In this document: positions 1 through 8,752 of the stretch, piece by piece
Position numbering within the stretch: the stretch's first letter is position 1
Layout of the letters: every line of letters starts with the position of its first letter
NCBI GenBank assembly: GCA_030430425.1
Contig: JAUIFS010000001.1
Coordinates: 5,992 to 69,991, forward strand
Source: a bacterium
GTDB lineage: Bacteria; Patescibacteriota; Minisyncoccia; Phycocordibacterales; UBA918
Length of the DNA stretch: 64,000 nucleotides
Reading direction: 5' to 3'
The notes under the pieces: model-generated
Seen by the model: only the letters and a program-made list of their open reading frames with translations
Told to the model about the DNA's origin: nothing
Databases searched by the model: none
Position numbers and translations under genes: made by a program

Positions 1-829
1 TCAACGATCGGAGAATTTCGAGCTTGGTGGTGTATGACTTCCCTGCTCCAGAAGTTGCAAAGGTTACCGAGTTGTAGTTAGTCAGCTGGTATCGGTCAAA
101 GAGTACCAATGAAGAGTTGTGTCGATTGATACCGTAGAGGATACCTGTATCAGAGGTCAGGTCAAACGAGGTAAAGGGAAAGAAACTTGAAAGTGGCGAA
201 GAGTTGAACTTGCTGTGTACCATCAACTGGTCGTCCATAAACGGCAACGCACTCTTCATGCCTTGTTCTTGTTGGAACTGGGCTGGTTTGATGTAAATAA
301 GACGTGAGTCAAGAATGTTTTTTATTTCATTTTCCGTTTTGTTGAGTTTTGACTCGTCCTCGCTGTAGATGGTCATGTAGAGACCCACATTAAACAACTT
401 CTCCTCTGCTTGTTGGAGCTTATCGCGCAGGTCTTCAAGGTTGCGATATGCAGCTTCTAGCTGCGGGTCACGCACCATACCTTGCTCGGCACGACTGTTT
501 ATTTGGCTTTGTACCTCAGCTACTTTTTTTTGGAATTTCTTAAGAGTACTTGCGGTATCGATTGGGTGTACAAAAATAGATACATCCATTTCTTTTTCCA
601 TATCGAGAATTGGCTCAAGCCACCCATCGTTGAGATATCGTGGATAGGAAATGGTGAAGAATGTACGAGCGTAGGTGCCGCTTATATTGATGGTTCGCTG
701 CCCTATTTCGATTCCAGACGGTGCAACGACGTCTTCAAGGGTGAGTAGCGCATGAGACACATCAGGAGTGTCTTCCTGAGTGGTGTTTGTTTTTTTTGCT
801 GCAGGTTGTAAAAAGTCTAAAAGCCCCAT
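1..829 (-). CDS. VirB4/TraC-like conjugative-type ATPase, N-terminal part (runs off window start)
   Basis: Not in the ORF track because it is truncated. Read manually from ATG at 829: MGLLDFLQPAAKK...EDVVAPSGIEI...RTFFTISYPRYLNDGWLEPIL...DVSIFVHPID, typical of the CPR VirB4-like family. It lies downstream of PrgI-like genes. Confidence 0.8.
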   Translation of the reverse strand, partial: MGLLDFLQPAAKKTNTTQEDTPDVSHALLTLEDVVAPSGIEIGQRTINISGTYARTFFTISYPRYLNDGWLEPILDMEKEMDVSIFVHPIDTASTLKKFQKKVAEVQSQINSRAEQGMVRDPQLEAAYRNLEDLRDKLQQAEEKLFNVGLYMTIYSEDESKLNKTENEIKNILDSRLIYIKPAQFQQEQGMKSALPFMDDQLMVHSKFNSSPLSSFFPFTSFDLTSDTGILYGINRHNSSLVLFDRYQLTNYNSVTFATSGAGKSYTTKLEILRSL

Positions 830-871
830 ATGTCACTAGTATAACAGTCGTTGCGCGTACATCGGTCAGTA

Positions 872-1519
872 CTACCCACGTTGTTGTTCAGGAGCAGAAC
901 CGCTGATATCGGCAGGGTTGAAGATGTGGTAGTACAGCTCCACCAACGCCTCGTCTTCAAGCGCAATGGTACGCACACCGATGCGGTTCAGCCCTTGCTC
1001 TACCAGTGATGCACGTTGTTCCAGTTGCAGGCGGTGTTCCTCAAACGATGCGTCGTCTTGCTGCGGTGTTTTTTTGTTTCCGAGCACAGAACTTAAGCCA
1101 CTGCTGACGTTTTGCAACTCAACTCCGCGAGGTGAATACGGGATGACAATAAAAAAGTTTTTACTCATGACGTCTACCTCACTGACAAAACTTTTAATGA
1201 AATCGATGTACTCACGCAGCTGGATACGCATAAGGTCGTTATCTTGTTGCGGTTCGCGCGCACGTAGTTGATCGAGGTACGGCTCAATATCAAGCCGTCG
1301 TGATTGGATATAGAACTGAATGGAGAAATCGAGTGTGTTGAGGAATGTTTGGAATTGCCCGAGGATTGCCCGCTGTTCATCGAGCGACTTTAGTGCGAAG
1401 TTGATGGATGATGCAAGCAGAATACTACACATACGACCATCTTTCATAATCACGACATTTTGTTTAATGTCGCGGATGGGAACAAACTCCTGTGTTGTTT
1501 TTTGTTTTTGTTGTGCCAT
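872..1519 (-). CDS. TraC/VirB4 N-terminal-like T4SS accessory protein
   Basis: TQEFVPIRDI...SINFALKS..EQ..I...FQ.FLN.LDF.IQ..IQSR motif, conserved in CPR T4SS-like loci between PrgI and VirB4. Confidence 0.7.
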   Translation of the reverse strand: MAQQKQKTTQEFVPIRDIKQNVVIMKDGRMCSILLASSINFALKSLDEQRAILGQFQTFLNTLDFSIQFYIQSRRLDIEPYLDQLRAREPQQDNDLMRIQLREYIDFIKSFVSEVDVMSKNFFIVIPYSPRGVELQNVSSGLSSVLGNKKTPQQDDASFEEHRLQLEQRASLVEQGLNRIGVRTIALEDEALVELYYHIFNPADISGSAPEQQRG

Positions 1520-1520
1520 A

Positions 1521-1934
1521 TTATTCAGCTTTTTGTAGTGCAGTTAGTTCAAGTTTTCGCGATAGGCTATTGATACCGCCTCCGTTGCGGTGTGGTGTCG
1601 GGATGTTTGTGGGTGTAGCACTTTTTTCAGGTATGTTTTCACTTTGATAGACGTTTGCGTTGCGTTTTCTCCAGTAGTAGATACGCGTTGAACCATAGAA
1701 CGTAATTGCCGACTCGAGGAAAATAGAAAAGGGGCGGTTATTCACTGGGTAAAACGCAAGCAGTGCAGCAAGCCCAGCAGCAGGAAGTCCAATAATTGCA
1801 AAGAGTATTTTTGAGGTGATAAAGGTGATCACTGCAATACCAATACCGCCACAAAGATACACAAACTGCCGCCAGGTGAACGGACCAAAAATCTTATCTT
1901 CAATTTCAATAAACTGAGGAACTTCAAATCGCAT
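1521..1934 (-). CDS. PrgI family (VirB3-like) membrane protein
   Basis: MRFEVPQFIEIEDKIFGPFTWRQF plus two TM helices. Start moved to ATG 1934, which follows a TATAAT box. Confidence 0.85.
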   Translation of the reverse strand: MRFEVPQFIEIEDKIFGPFTWRQFVYLCGGIGIAVITFITSKILFAIIGLPAAGLAALLAFYPVNNRPFSIFLESAITFYGSTRIYYWRKRNANVYQSENIPEKSATPTNIPTPHRNGGGINSLSRKLELTALQKAE

Positions 1935-2022
1935 ATTGCTTGTATTATACATGCTCTGTGCCGACGCGGGAGAGAAACTGTGCCCAGGCACTAAAAACCC
2001 TAGGATTATCCTAGGGTTTTTA

Positions 2023-2808
2023 TTACTCATCGGTGTAGGTTGGTTTTTCAACCAGTGGCGGTTTCTCTGTAAGCAGATCGTCCTGTGATGCACTACGGAT
2101 AACTTCCTCAGTATGTTCCTGCTGCCCTGCTTCGTCAGGATAGAGGTCACGGTACGCACCATAACCATGTATACGAGAAACATCAGTGGGCATGCTACGC
2201 ATGGGTTGTACGTCTTTATATGCTTCCACTTCACTCGGCAGCTCGTTTGAAAACGTAAGCGGTTGTGCTTCTGGAAGTTCTGCAGAAGGGATTGGTCGTT
2301 CGTTTGATGTTTCTGCTGCGGGTGTTGTGTGTGCTATCGGTATGTTTGTTGGTGCAGGTGCAGTTGGCGCAGTTTGCATAGGAGTTTCTGGTGCGGTCAT
2401 GTCTTCAGGAGTATCTGGCACCTCGTCTGCTTCACCGTGTATTGCTTCTTCACGCAATGCTTTAAAGTTTTGTTGGAGCTCTTGCAGTCCCGAACGGTCC
2501 GGCTCCCCTTCCTTGCGCTCACGGTCTTCAACTGGTTTGAGAAACTCTGAGAGTTCAGAGAGGATGCGTTGTGCCTCATCTGCACTCACCCCTAGTTCTG
2601 ACTGGAGTTTTGCAGGGAGTTCAATCGTTTTATAGATACCGAGGATGGTGTCACCGATAAGGTACGTCAATATGTCTGATTTAGTGGGTGCTTGTGTAGG
2701 ATTAAAAATAGTTTCTAATTTTTGTCCAAGTTCAGGAGAGTTGTACACATCCCAAAGAGTGTCTGAAAGAAGGTGTTTTTTGTTTCTTCGCAGTTCTTCT
2801 AAAGTCAT
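2023..2808 (-). CDS. hypothetical protein, acidic Pro/Thr-rich C-terminus
   Basis: 261-aa ORF inside the T4SS-like cluster, with a CPR-type N-terminus (LIGDTILG...LQSELGVS). Confidence 0.65.
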   Translation of the reverse strand: MTLEELRRNKKHLLSDTLWDVYNSPELGQKLETIFNPTQAPTKSDILTYLIGDTILGIYKTIELPAKLQSELGVSADEAQRILSELSEFLKPVEDRERKEGEPDRSGLQELQQNFKALREEAIHGEADEVPDTPEDMTAPETPMQTAPTAPAPTNIPIAHTTPAAETSNERPIPSAELPEAQPLTFSNELPSEVEAYKDVQPMRSMPTDVSRIHGYGAYRDLYPDEAGQQEHTEEVIRSASQDDLLTEKPPLVEKPTYTDE

Positions 2809-2816
2809 ATTGTTTC

Positions 2817-5294
2817 TTATTTACCAAATGATTTACCCCCTGGAGATTTAAGCCAATTGATTATTTCTACTCCCCGCTCAGTTTCTCTGGATGAGGCATT
2901 TGCTGGTAAATTGTTAACATAGTTTTCTAAGTGGGTACGAATATCTTTTTGGGCTGATACGTCAAGTTCTGCAAAAGCTTTTGATTTAATAACTGATTCA
3001 GGTAGTGCTTCAACAAAATCTTTTTCTTTGAAAGCACCTTTTGGCAACTTTGCAATATCTCCTGCCTTTCTTTTCAGAATATTGGCTCTGGTTACCCCAT
3101 CTACTACTCCGCCACGCACCACTTTGAGAACAGCCTTTTCGTGTTCTTGTTTCAGGGTATCTTTATGTGCTTCAACCATCTTTAGTTTGTCGATCTTGTC
3201 TGTGGACAGATGGATTATGTTTTCTTCTTTTTGAAGTTCTTCGAAGCCAACAGCATTAAGCTCATCTGTACTTGCTTTTGCAAAACCTTTTCCAGGTTTT
3301 GCAGCGTCTCCTTTGATATACTTTACGGTTTCTTTTTTGTGTGCTTTTTGAATTTCACCTGTTTCAGTTTCACCAACATCGTCGCTCTTTACAATTGCTT
3401 CAAGCTTAGCAGGGGTTAAGAGGTGGGCATTGTTCATAATAGCTTTACGCCCGTCCTTAGTTTTTGCAATTTGCATAAGTTGTTCAGAAGTTGCGTTTTG
3501 GAATGCTTGTTGACGAGTCGCTTCGTCTGATGAAGACATGTCAGACTGTATCTTTCTTCTTGCAACTGTTGCTGTGTGTTTTTTAGATTCAGCCTTGTCT
3601 GCATCAACACGTTCTTTCCGTGAACCAGCAACACCAAAAGAAGCACTTTCCCCCTTTCCAACAAAAGAACGCATTGCACGTCGTGCGCGAGAGCGAGGTT
3701 TTCCTCGAGCATCATCCCGTGCATCCATCCGTTTCCCTTGCCAATTTGCAGCTTTACCAACGGCAGCACTTGCTCCCCAGCTTGCTCCATATCGAGGTAC
3801 CCACGTTGCTCCATTTCTCATACGACGCAAAGCTCCCTGTGTGGTATTCATAGCAACATTTGCGCCTTGGACACTCATACTTTGTCCAACTTTTGTTGCA
3901 GCGATAAGGAAACCAACTCCAATTGCAAAGAAGAGAAAAATAGTGAAGGTGTCTTTTGTCCATGTTTCACCAATAGAGCTAGCATATTTCCCTGTCCCCA
4001 TTGTCCCTTTTAATTGGATCATAGTGTAGAGACCAATATAGAGCATAAAGATATACGCCGGCGCAAAAAAAGCATAGCCAATAAACTTTTTCCACCACAT
4101 ATCAGAGTACTGCTTGAAACTAGGCAGTACCCACCCAAGGAACATGGCAGGAGAGAAGATCATAAAAATAATCAATGCAATAAACCGAGACACAAGCATG
4201 AGCCCGCCAAATGCGAGTGTCATCCCGAGAATAATGGAGAATAGGAGTACCATAATAGAGAACAATACAACCTGCCCGACTTCTTTCAGCGGATTTCCTG
4301 AAAACCAGCTTGAAATACGCAATGTCTCCATGTATGCAGACGCGATGCTCTTACCGTCAGCTGTGTAGCCTCCCCCGGCGCCTTGCGAGTTTACCGCGTC
4401 ATCTCCATCGAGGGTAACTTCACCTACTTCAAAACCATACGTTCCTTTGATACCTTGCGTTGCAACTGAGTGTATTGCAACTGCAGTATAGTTTGCAACG
4501 TCAACAATAACTTTTGTGAAATAGAGACTGAAGTTGATCAGTAGTGCGGCAACAATCAGCCACCCAAGTGCACGTTGAGTGCCAGTATCATCAGCAGAAA
4601 GGATTGTTTTTAAACCAATCCATACGAGCGAAAAGATGAAAAGAATGTTGAAAAGGTCGCGCACCACTGTCCATAGTGCATTTACGACCGCACCTAAAGA
4701 GCCATTACCTGCACTTTCTGCACAACCTTGTCCTCCATCTTTTACAAACCAACAACCCATTTCGAGTACCACTTTCTGTACCGCAAGGTCAAAAATGCTC
4801 CCACCAAGTGCTATCACCCATCCGCCCATTGCTACAGAAATATTGTATATCTTACTCTCTGTTTCATCGGCATTAACAGCATTTGTTTGTTGTGAGGCAT
4901 GTTCAGCAGCTGCAGCAACTGCGTCAGGGACATCTGCTGAGGTAAGTCCTGTTCCGGTGTCTTGACCCGGGGTAGATGGGTCAGAGGTACCGTCTGAGCC
5001 ACCACTTGTGTCGCCAATTCCTGTGTTGCCGGTACCTCCAAATGCATCAATTTCATCTTGAGTCCCATCGCCTGCTACACCTCCACAAGGGTATGGGTCA
5101 CCAAAGGCGTTATAACAAGTAGATTGTGCCTGCGCCGCCTGTGGTAGTGATAGAAAAAAATAGGAAACAAAAAAGAGACATACAGCAAAAACAACGAATA
5201 TACGCAAAAAGAAGTTCATATGACGCTGCATGAACATACCCATATAGGTCTTATTGTACCCTGTTTTCTGTTGTAAGAAACAGTATCTCCCCAC
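2817..5294 (-). CDS. VirB6/TrbL-like polytopic membrane protein with long soluble C-terminus
   Basis: WTVVRDLFNILFIFSLVWIG...LIVAALLINFSL...RFIALI..IFSPAMF...WW..F..YAFFAP motifs and many TM helices. True start probably an ATG between 5219 and 5243. Confidence 0.75.
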   Translation of the reverse strand: MGRYCFLQQKTGYNKTYMGMFMQRHMNFFLRIFVVFAVCLFFVSYFFLSLPQAAQAQSTCYNAFGDPYPCGGVAGDGTQDEIDAFGGTGNTGIGDTSGGSDGTSDPSTPGQDTGTGLTSADVPDAVAAAAEHASQQTNAVNADETESKIYNISVAMGGWVIALGGSIFDLAVQKVVLEMGCWFVKDGGQGCAESAGNGSLGAVVNALWTVVRDLFNILFIFSLVWIGLKTILSADDTGTQRALGWLIVAALLINFSLYFTKVIVDVANYTAVAIHSVATQGIKGTYGFEVGEVTLDGDDAVNSQGAGGGYTADGKSIASAYMETLRISSWFSGNPLKEVGQVVLFSIMVLLFSIILGMTLAFGGLMLVSRFIALIIFMIFSPAMFLGWVLPSFKQYSDMWWKKFIGYAFFAPAYIFMLYIGLYTMIQLKGTMGTGKYASSIGETWTKDTFTIFLFFAIGVGFLIAATKVGQSMSVQGANVAMNTTQGALRRMRNGATWVPRYGASWGASAAVGKAANWQGKRMDARDDARGKPRSRARRAMRSFVGKGESASFGVAGSRKERVDADKAESKKHTATVARRKIQSDMSSSDEATRQQAFQNATSEQLMQIAKTKDGRKAIMNNAHLLTPAKLEAIVKSDDVGETETGEIQKAHKKETVKYIKGDAAKPGKGFAKASTDELNAVGFEELQKEENIIHLSTDKIDKLKMVEAHKDTLKQEHEKAVLKVVRGGVVDGVTRANILKRKAGDIAKLPKGAFKEKDFVEALPESVIKSKAFAELDVSAQKDIRTHLENYVNNLPANASSRETERGVEIINWLKSPGGKSFGK

Positions 5295-5375
5295 GTTGAC
5301 AGCTTTGTGTATGTGGGTTTATACAAAAGCGGTCACCGATAGGTGGCCGCTTTTGTATATAGGGTATGTAATTTA

Positions 5376-6848
5376 CTAATCGTCGTTGCAAGAGAGCTTT
5401 AAGAGATCAATTTGTTGTTTAAATGTTCCAATCTGTTGGGTAATTTCATAGTCAATGTGTATCTTTAAAAGATCATTTTCTGCAATATCTACCACACGAC
5501 CCCTAGACTTGAGCTTGTTGTACTCATTTATAATACTCGTTTGTTCTTGCGGGTCGGTTGATGCGTCAAAGCGGTTGCGTAGTGCGATAAGTTCGGGGAG
5601 TACTTGCTGTGAGTTCAGCTGTGCCAAAACCGCATTTGCACGTTCGGTACGTAAGCCGTTGGGTACTTCAGGGATAACGCATTTTTGATTGAGCTTTGCA
5701 GTATTGTCTCGATAGGTCACCAAGTCATCTATAAGTGTGACAATCTTTTTTTGCAACGTGATGTGTTTTTGCTCACGCGTAACTGCAGGACCAATTGGGT
5801 TTTCAATGCTTCCCGCTTCGGTTCCTTCGTCTTTAAGACTGTCTAAGAATGATCGCCCGTCACTTCCTTCAAAAGAAGTGTCGGTGTATTCTGAGCTGCC
5901 GAGTCCGAGCAGTCCGTTCATGCCGGTAATTGCTTGTTGCGCAAGTTGTGCAAAGAACGCCCCGATGATCTCATTGATTTCGTCTGCTTCAATAAGTGCA
6001 TCTTGTCCTGCACCGAGTGACTTATTGACTTGGTCAGCAATAACCTGTCCTGGCGTGGTGATATCACAGTCAGTTTGTGCTCCACTTGCAACGTCGGTGT
6101 CGCTACATACTTTGAAGGATAAGAATCCATCTCCCCAGTCAAGTTCTCGTACGGTATTTCCTTCTGCATCAGCAATACGTGCGTACATTTCTTGTTCCGC
6201 AGCAAGGTATGCTCCGGTCGGCGTGTTGATAGGGTTTTGGGTGACTTCAAACCAGTTTTGTGGATTGTAGGAATCCCCCGCGAGGAATCCTTCTATATTG
6301 TCAGCAACTCCACTGAGGGTACATTGTGCTTCGCTGCCAAACCCCTCATGTGTTTCTTCTTGGTAGGTAGTGGCAAGTGCAATTTTTACGTCGAGCTGGA
6401 ATGGACTACATAAGAAGTTAAGTGCAGGATCATTGTATATAAAGTCGCCTACTAGTGCGTCTGCTTGGTCAAGTAAGAACTGCTTGAGGTCGGTCACAAA
6501 CGCAGGACTTCCTTGGAACCCGGAGTTAATCCAGTTGAGGATACTCTGGGTCATGCTCTTGAGAATCATTTTTGCAAGTGCATGTGCAATTGGGTCGAGT
6601 GAAAGTTCTTTTAAAGCTAGAGATGTCTGCAGTCCTGCAATGGTGGTGTTTGCGCCGGCACTAATGGTGTCTTGTACCGTACCGTTACCTCCAATGACAG
6701 TTACTGTATCGCCTGTGCCTAAGAATGCATGTGCTTTCTGTACCTGTGCATCAGGGGTTATGGGTGTAAATCCAACACTGACAAAAACAAGTATGAAGAG
6801 TGAAACTCCGCTTATAGATTTTTTTAAAAAAGAACGTGGATATTTCAT
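5376..6848 (-). CDS. conserved CPR secreted protein of the T4SS-like locus
   Basis: Signal peptide followed by LDPIAHALAK..T.SILNWINSGFQGSPAFV...CSPF...C.I.TPG.VI motifs. Confidence 0.7.
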   Translation of the reverse strand: MKYPRSFLKKSISGVSLFILVFVSVGFTPITPDAQVQKAHAFLGTGDTVTVIGGNGTVQDTISAGANTTIAGLQTSLALKELSLDPIAHALAKMILKSMTQSILNWINSGFQGSPAFVTDLKQFLLDQADALVGDFIYNDPALNFLCSPFQLDVKIALATTYQEETHEGFGSEAQCTLSGVADNIEGFLAGDSYNPQNWFEVTQNPINTPTGAYLAAEQEMYARIADAEGNTVRELDWGDGFLSFKVCSDTDVASGAQTDCDITTPGQVIADQVNKSLGAGQDALIEADEINEIIGAFFAQLAQQAITGMNGLLGLGSSEYTDTSFEGSDGRSFLDSLKDEGTEAGSIENPIGPAVTREQKHITLQKKIVTLIDDLVTYRDNTAKLNQKCVIPEVPNGLRTERANAVLAQLNSQQVLPELIALRNRFDASTDPQEQTSIINEYNKLKSRGRVVDIAENDLLKIHIDYEITQQIGTFKQQIDLLKLSCNDD

Positions 6849-6859
6849 ACGCAGAAGTA

Positions 6860-7688
6860 CTAATTGTTTTCGTTAATACTGATAACACTATAGACAACCG
6901 AGTTGGCGTTCCAGGTGATACCTTGGGTAACTAGTGTTGCATAGAGTCCGTTAAGCGATACAAGCAGGCCGGTAGCATCATCTTGATAGCGTTTGAGTCG
7001 CAGCAGTGCGAGCATGGGGTCGGAAAAGGCATTACGCATAGCAGTGATGTCCGAAAGAATTGCTTGGTAACTGTTGAGTAGTGCAAGGTGTTCTTGCACC
7101 ATGCTGCTTGGTACTGAAAGGTTTTTTGTGGTGTCTACATACTGCGAGTATGCGTCGATCTTTGCATCGAGTTTTTTAAGATCATCACCATTTTGGGAGC
7201 GCAGTGCTTGCACAAGAATGTCTGTTTCTGATTGTGTGCCGTCTTCAGAATATGAAACGACAATAGATGCGATCGCTTCTCCGTATGCGGCTAATGCCTC
7301 AGGAGAATTGTTGGTGGTGATTACAATGTCTGCAGGGGTAAAAAGTGTGTCAGTAGCTTCCTGTGCAAGTGTGTCTGCAGCATTGGCAACAAGTTCATCA
7401 GGCGCGGTGCCGAATGCTCCATAGTTTTCAGAGCGTACAATATCTTGGAAGAAGTCGAGCGCAAATTGTTCGGTTACGGTCTCAGGAGGTACGTAGTCTG
7501 CACCGGGTTCACCTGTTATTGCAAGTGGCTCAGTAATCTGCAACGCTTCCTGCCAATCAGGAACACCGTCCCCATTTTGATCTAGTTCGGGGAGTGCTCT
7601 TCGTTCAGGTGCGAAGAAAAAGTGCACCGGAGATAAGGACTGCGGTAAAAAGTAAAGCAAGTGAAATTCGTTTCTGTGATGCAGACAT
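6860..7688 (-). pseudogene. membrane-anchored protein with Ca-binding-like DxNGDGxPD motif; frameshifted near its 5' end
   Basis: ATG 7688 gives a 27-aa signal/TM peptide ending at TGA 7605-7607. The body (APERR..DQNGDGVPDWQE...) is in the +1 frame and ends at 6860. Confidence 0.55.
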
Positions 7689-7795
7689 ATGAACTGTATA
7701 CATATATAAGTATACCAGCGGATCGGTGCTGGTGGCTTAGTGTGTGTATGAAGCTGTGGTTAACTCAGTGGATAACGCTGTATACAATATATGTA

Positions 7796-8620
7796 CTACT
7801 GGTGTGCGGACAGTGTAGAAGTTAATGTAAGCCATTTTTCAAGAGGTACATCCTCTGCACGTGCTGAAACAGGTATCGCTGCTGTTGAAAACATGTGTAT
7901 AAGTGCTTCTCGTGGGTATTGTTTTGCAAGGTTGCCAAGCAACTGCTTACGTTTTTGTCCAAAACCAAGGTGTAATACGTTGAAAAACAAGGTCTCATCG
8001 ACAGTTTTGAAGTTGTGCCGGTTAATGTTTCGTATCGCGATAATACCAGAATCTACTTTTGGAGGTGGCGTGAAGTGACCCCTTGAAACTGTCTTCACAT
8101 AGGTAGGGTTTCCGTATGCCTGCACCGAAAGAGAGAGGAGTGACTCTTTCTCCCCTCTCGAGATGTTACTACATGCTCGTTTTGCAACTTCTTTTTGCAC
8201 TAAGTACACAAGATCTGTTGGTTGTGTATCTAATTCTAAAAAGGTGCGAAACAGAAGCCCCGACAGATAATACGGTATATTGGCAACGACTTTAAAGTTA
8301 CGTTCAGCAATCTGCGGTAGGTCCGTACGCGCAAGCGTGCGCACATCGCGGTGCAATAGTATCAATTGTTTTTGTGTAAGGGCGTCTGCAAAAGTATCTT
8401 GGAGTACTGCAATTGCACGCGTGTCTGCTTCGAGGGCGATCACTGTTGCGCCGCGAGAAAGTAGTTCTTTAGTGAGCACTCCAGTCCCCGGACCAATCTC
8501 AAGGACAAGATCATCTTTCTGTACGTCTGCTGCATCACACATCCAACCAGGAACGACTGCACTGGTAAGAAAGTGCTGCCCGAGGGATTTCTTCGCATCA
8601 ATTTTTTTGATATCTACCAT
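7796..8620 (-). CDS. rsmA: 16S rRNA m6,2A dimethyltransferase RsmA/KsgA
   Basis: KKSLGQHFL, VLEIGPGTG and VVANIPYY motifs. Confidence 0.96.
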   Translation of the reverse strand: MVDIKKIDAKKSLGQHFLTSAVVPGWMCDAADVQKDDLVLEIGPGTGVLTKELLSRGATVIALEADTRAIAVLQDTFADALTQKQLILLHRDVRTLARTDLPQIAERNFKVVANIPYYLSGLLFRTFLELDTQPTDLVYLVQKEVAKRACSNISRGEKESLLSLSVQAYGNPTYVKTVSRGHFTPPPKVDSGIIAIRNINRHNFKTVDETLFFNVLHLGFGQKRKQLLGNLAKQYPREALIHMFSTAAIPVSARAEDVPLEKWLTLTSTLSAHQ

Positions 8621-8708
8621 ATGCGCCTACAGTACGTAATCTTCAAGCATAATGCAACGCGTTAGAGAGAACCATACTATCTCAGTTAACTGAGATAGTT
8701 GTCGGTTG

Positions 8709-8750
8709 TATGCAAAAACGTGCGGCATGTATGCCGCACGTTTTTGCATA
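8709..8750. terminator. bidirectional hairpin terminator after pcrA
   Basis: tatgcaaaaacgtgcggca-tgta-tgccgcacgtttttgcata. Confidence 0.75.
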
Positions 8751-8752
8751 GG

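Noticed and set aside
7605-7607. UGA read-through / genetic code 25
   Set aside because: Reading through TGA stays in the wrong frame. Core genes have no internal TGA, and TGA serves as a stop elsewhere (e.g. 29528, 41402).
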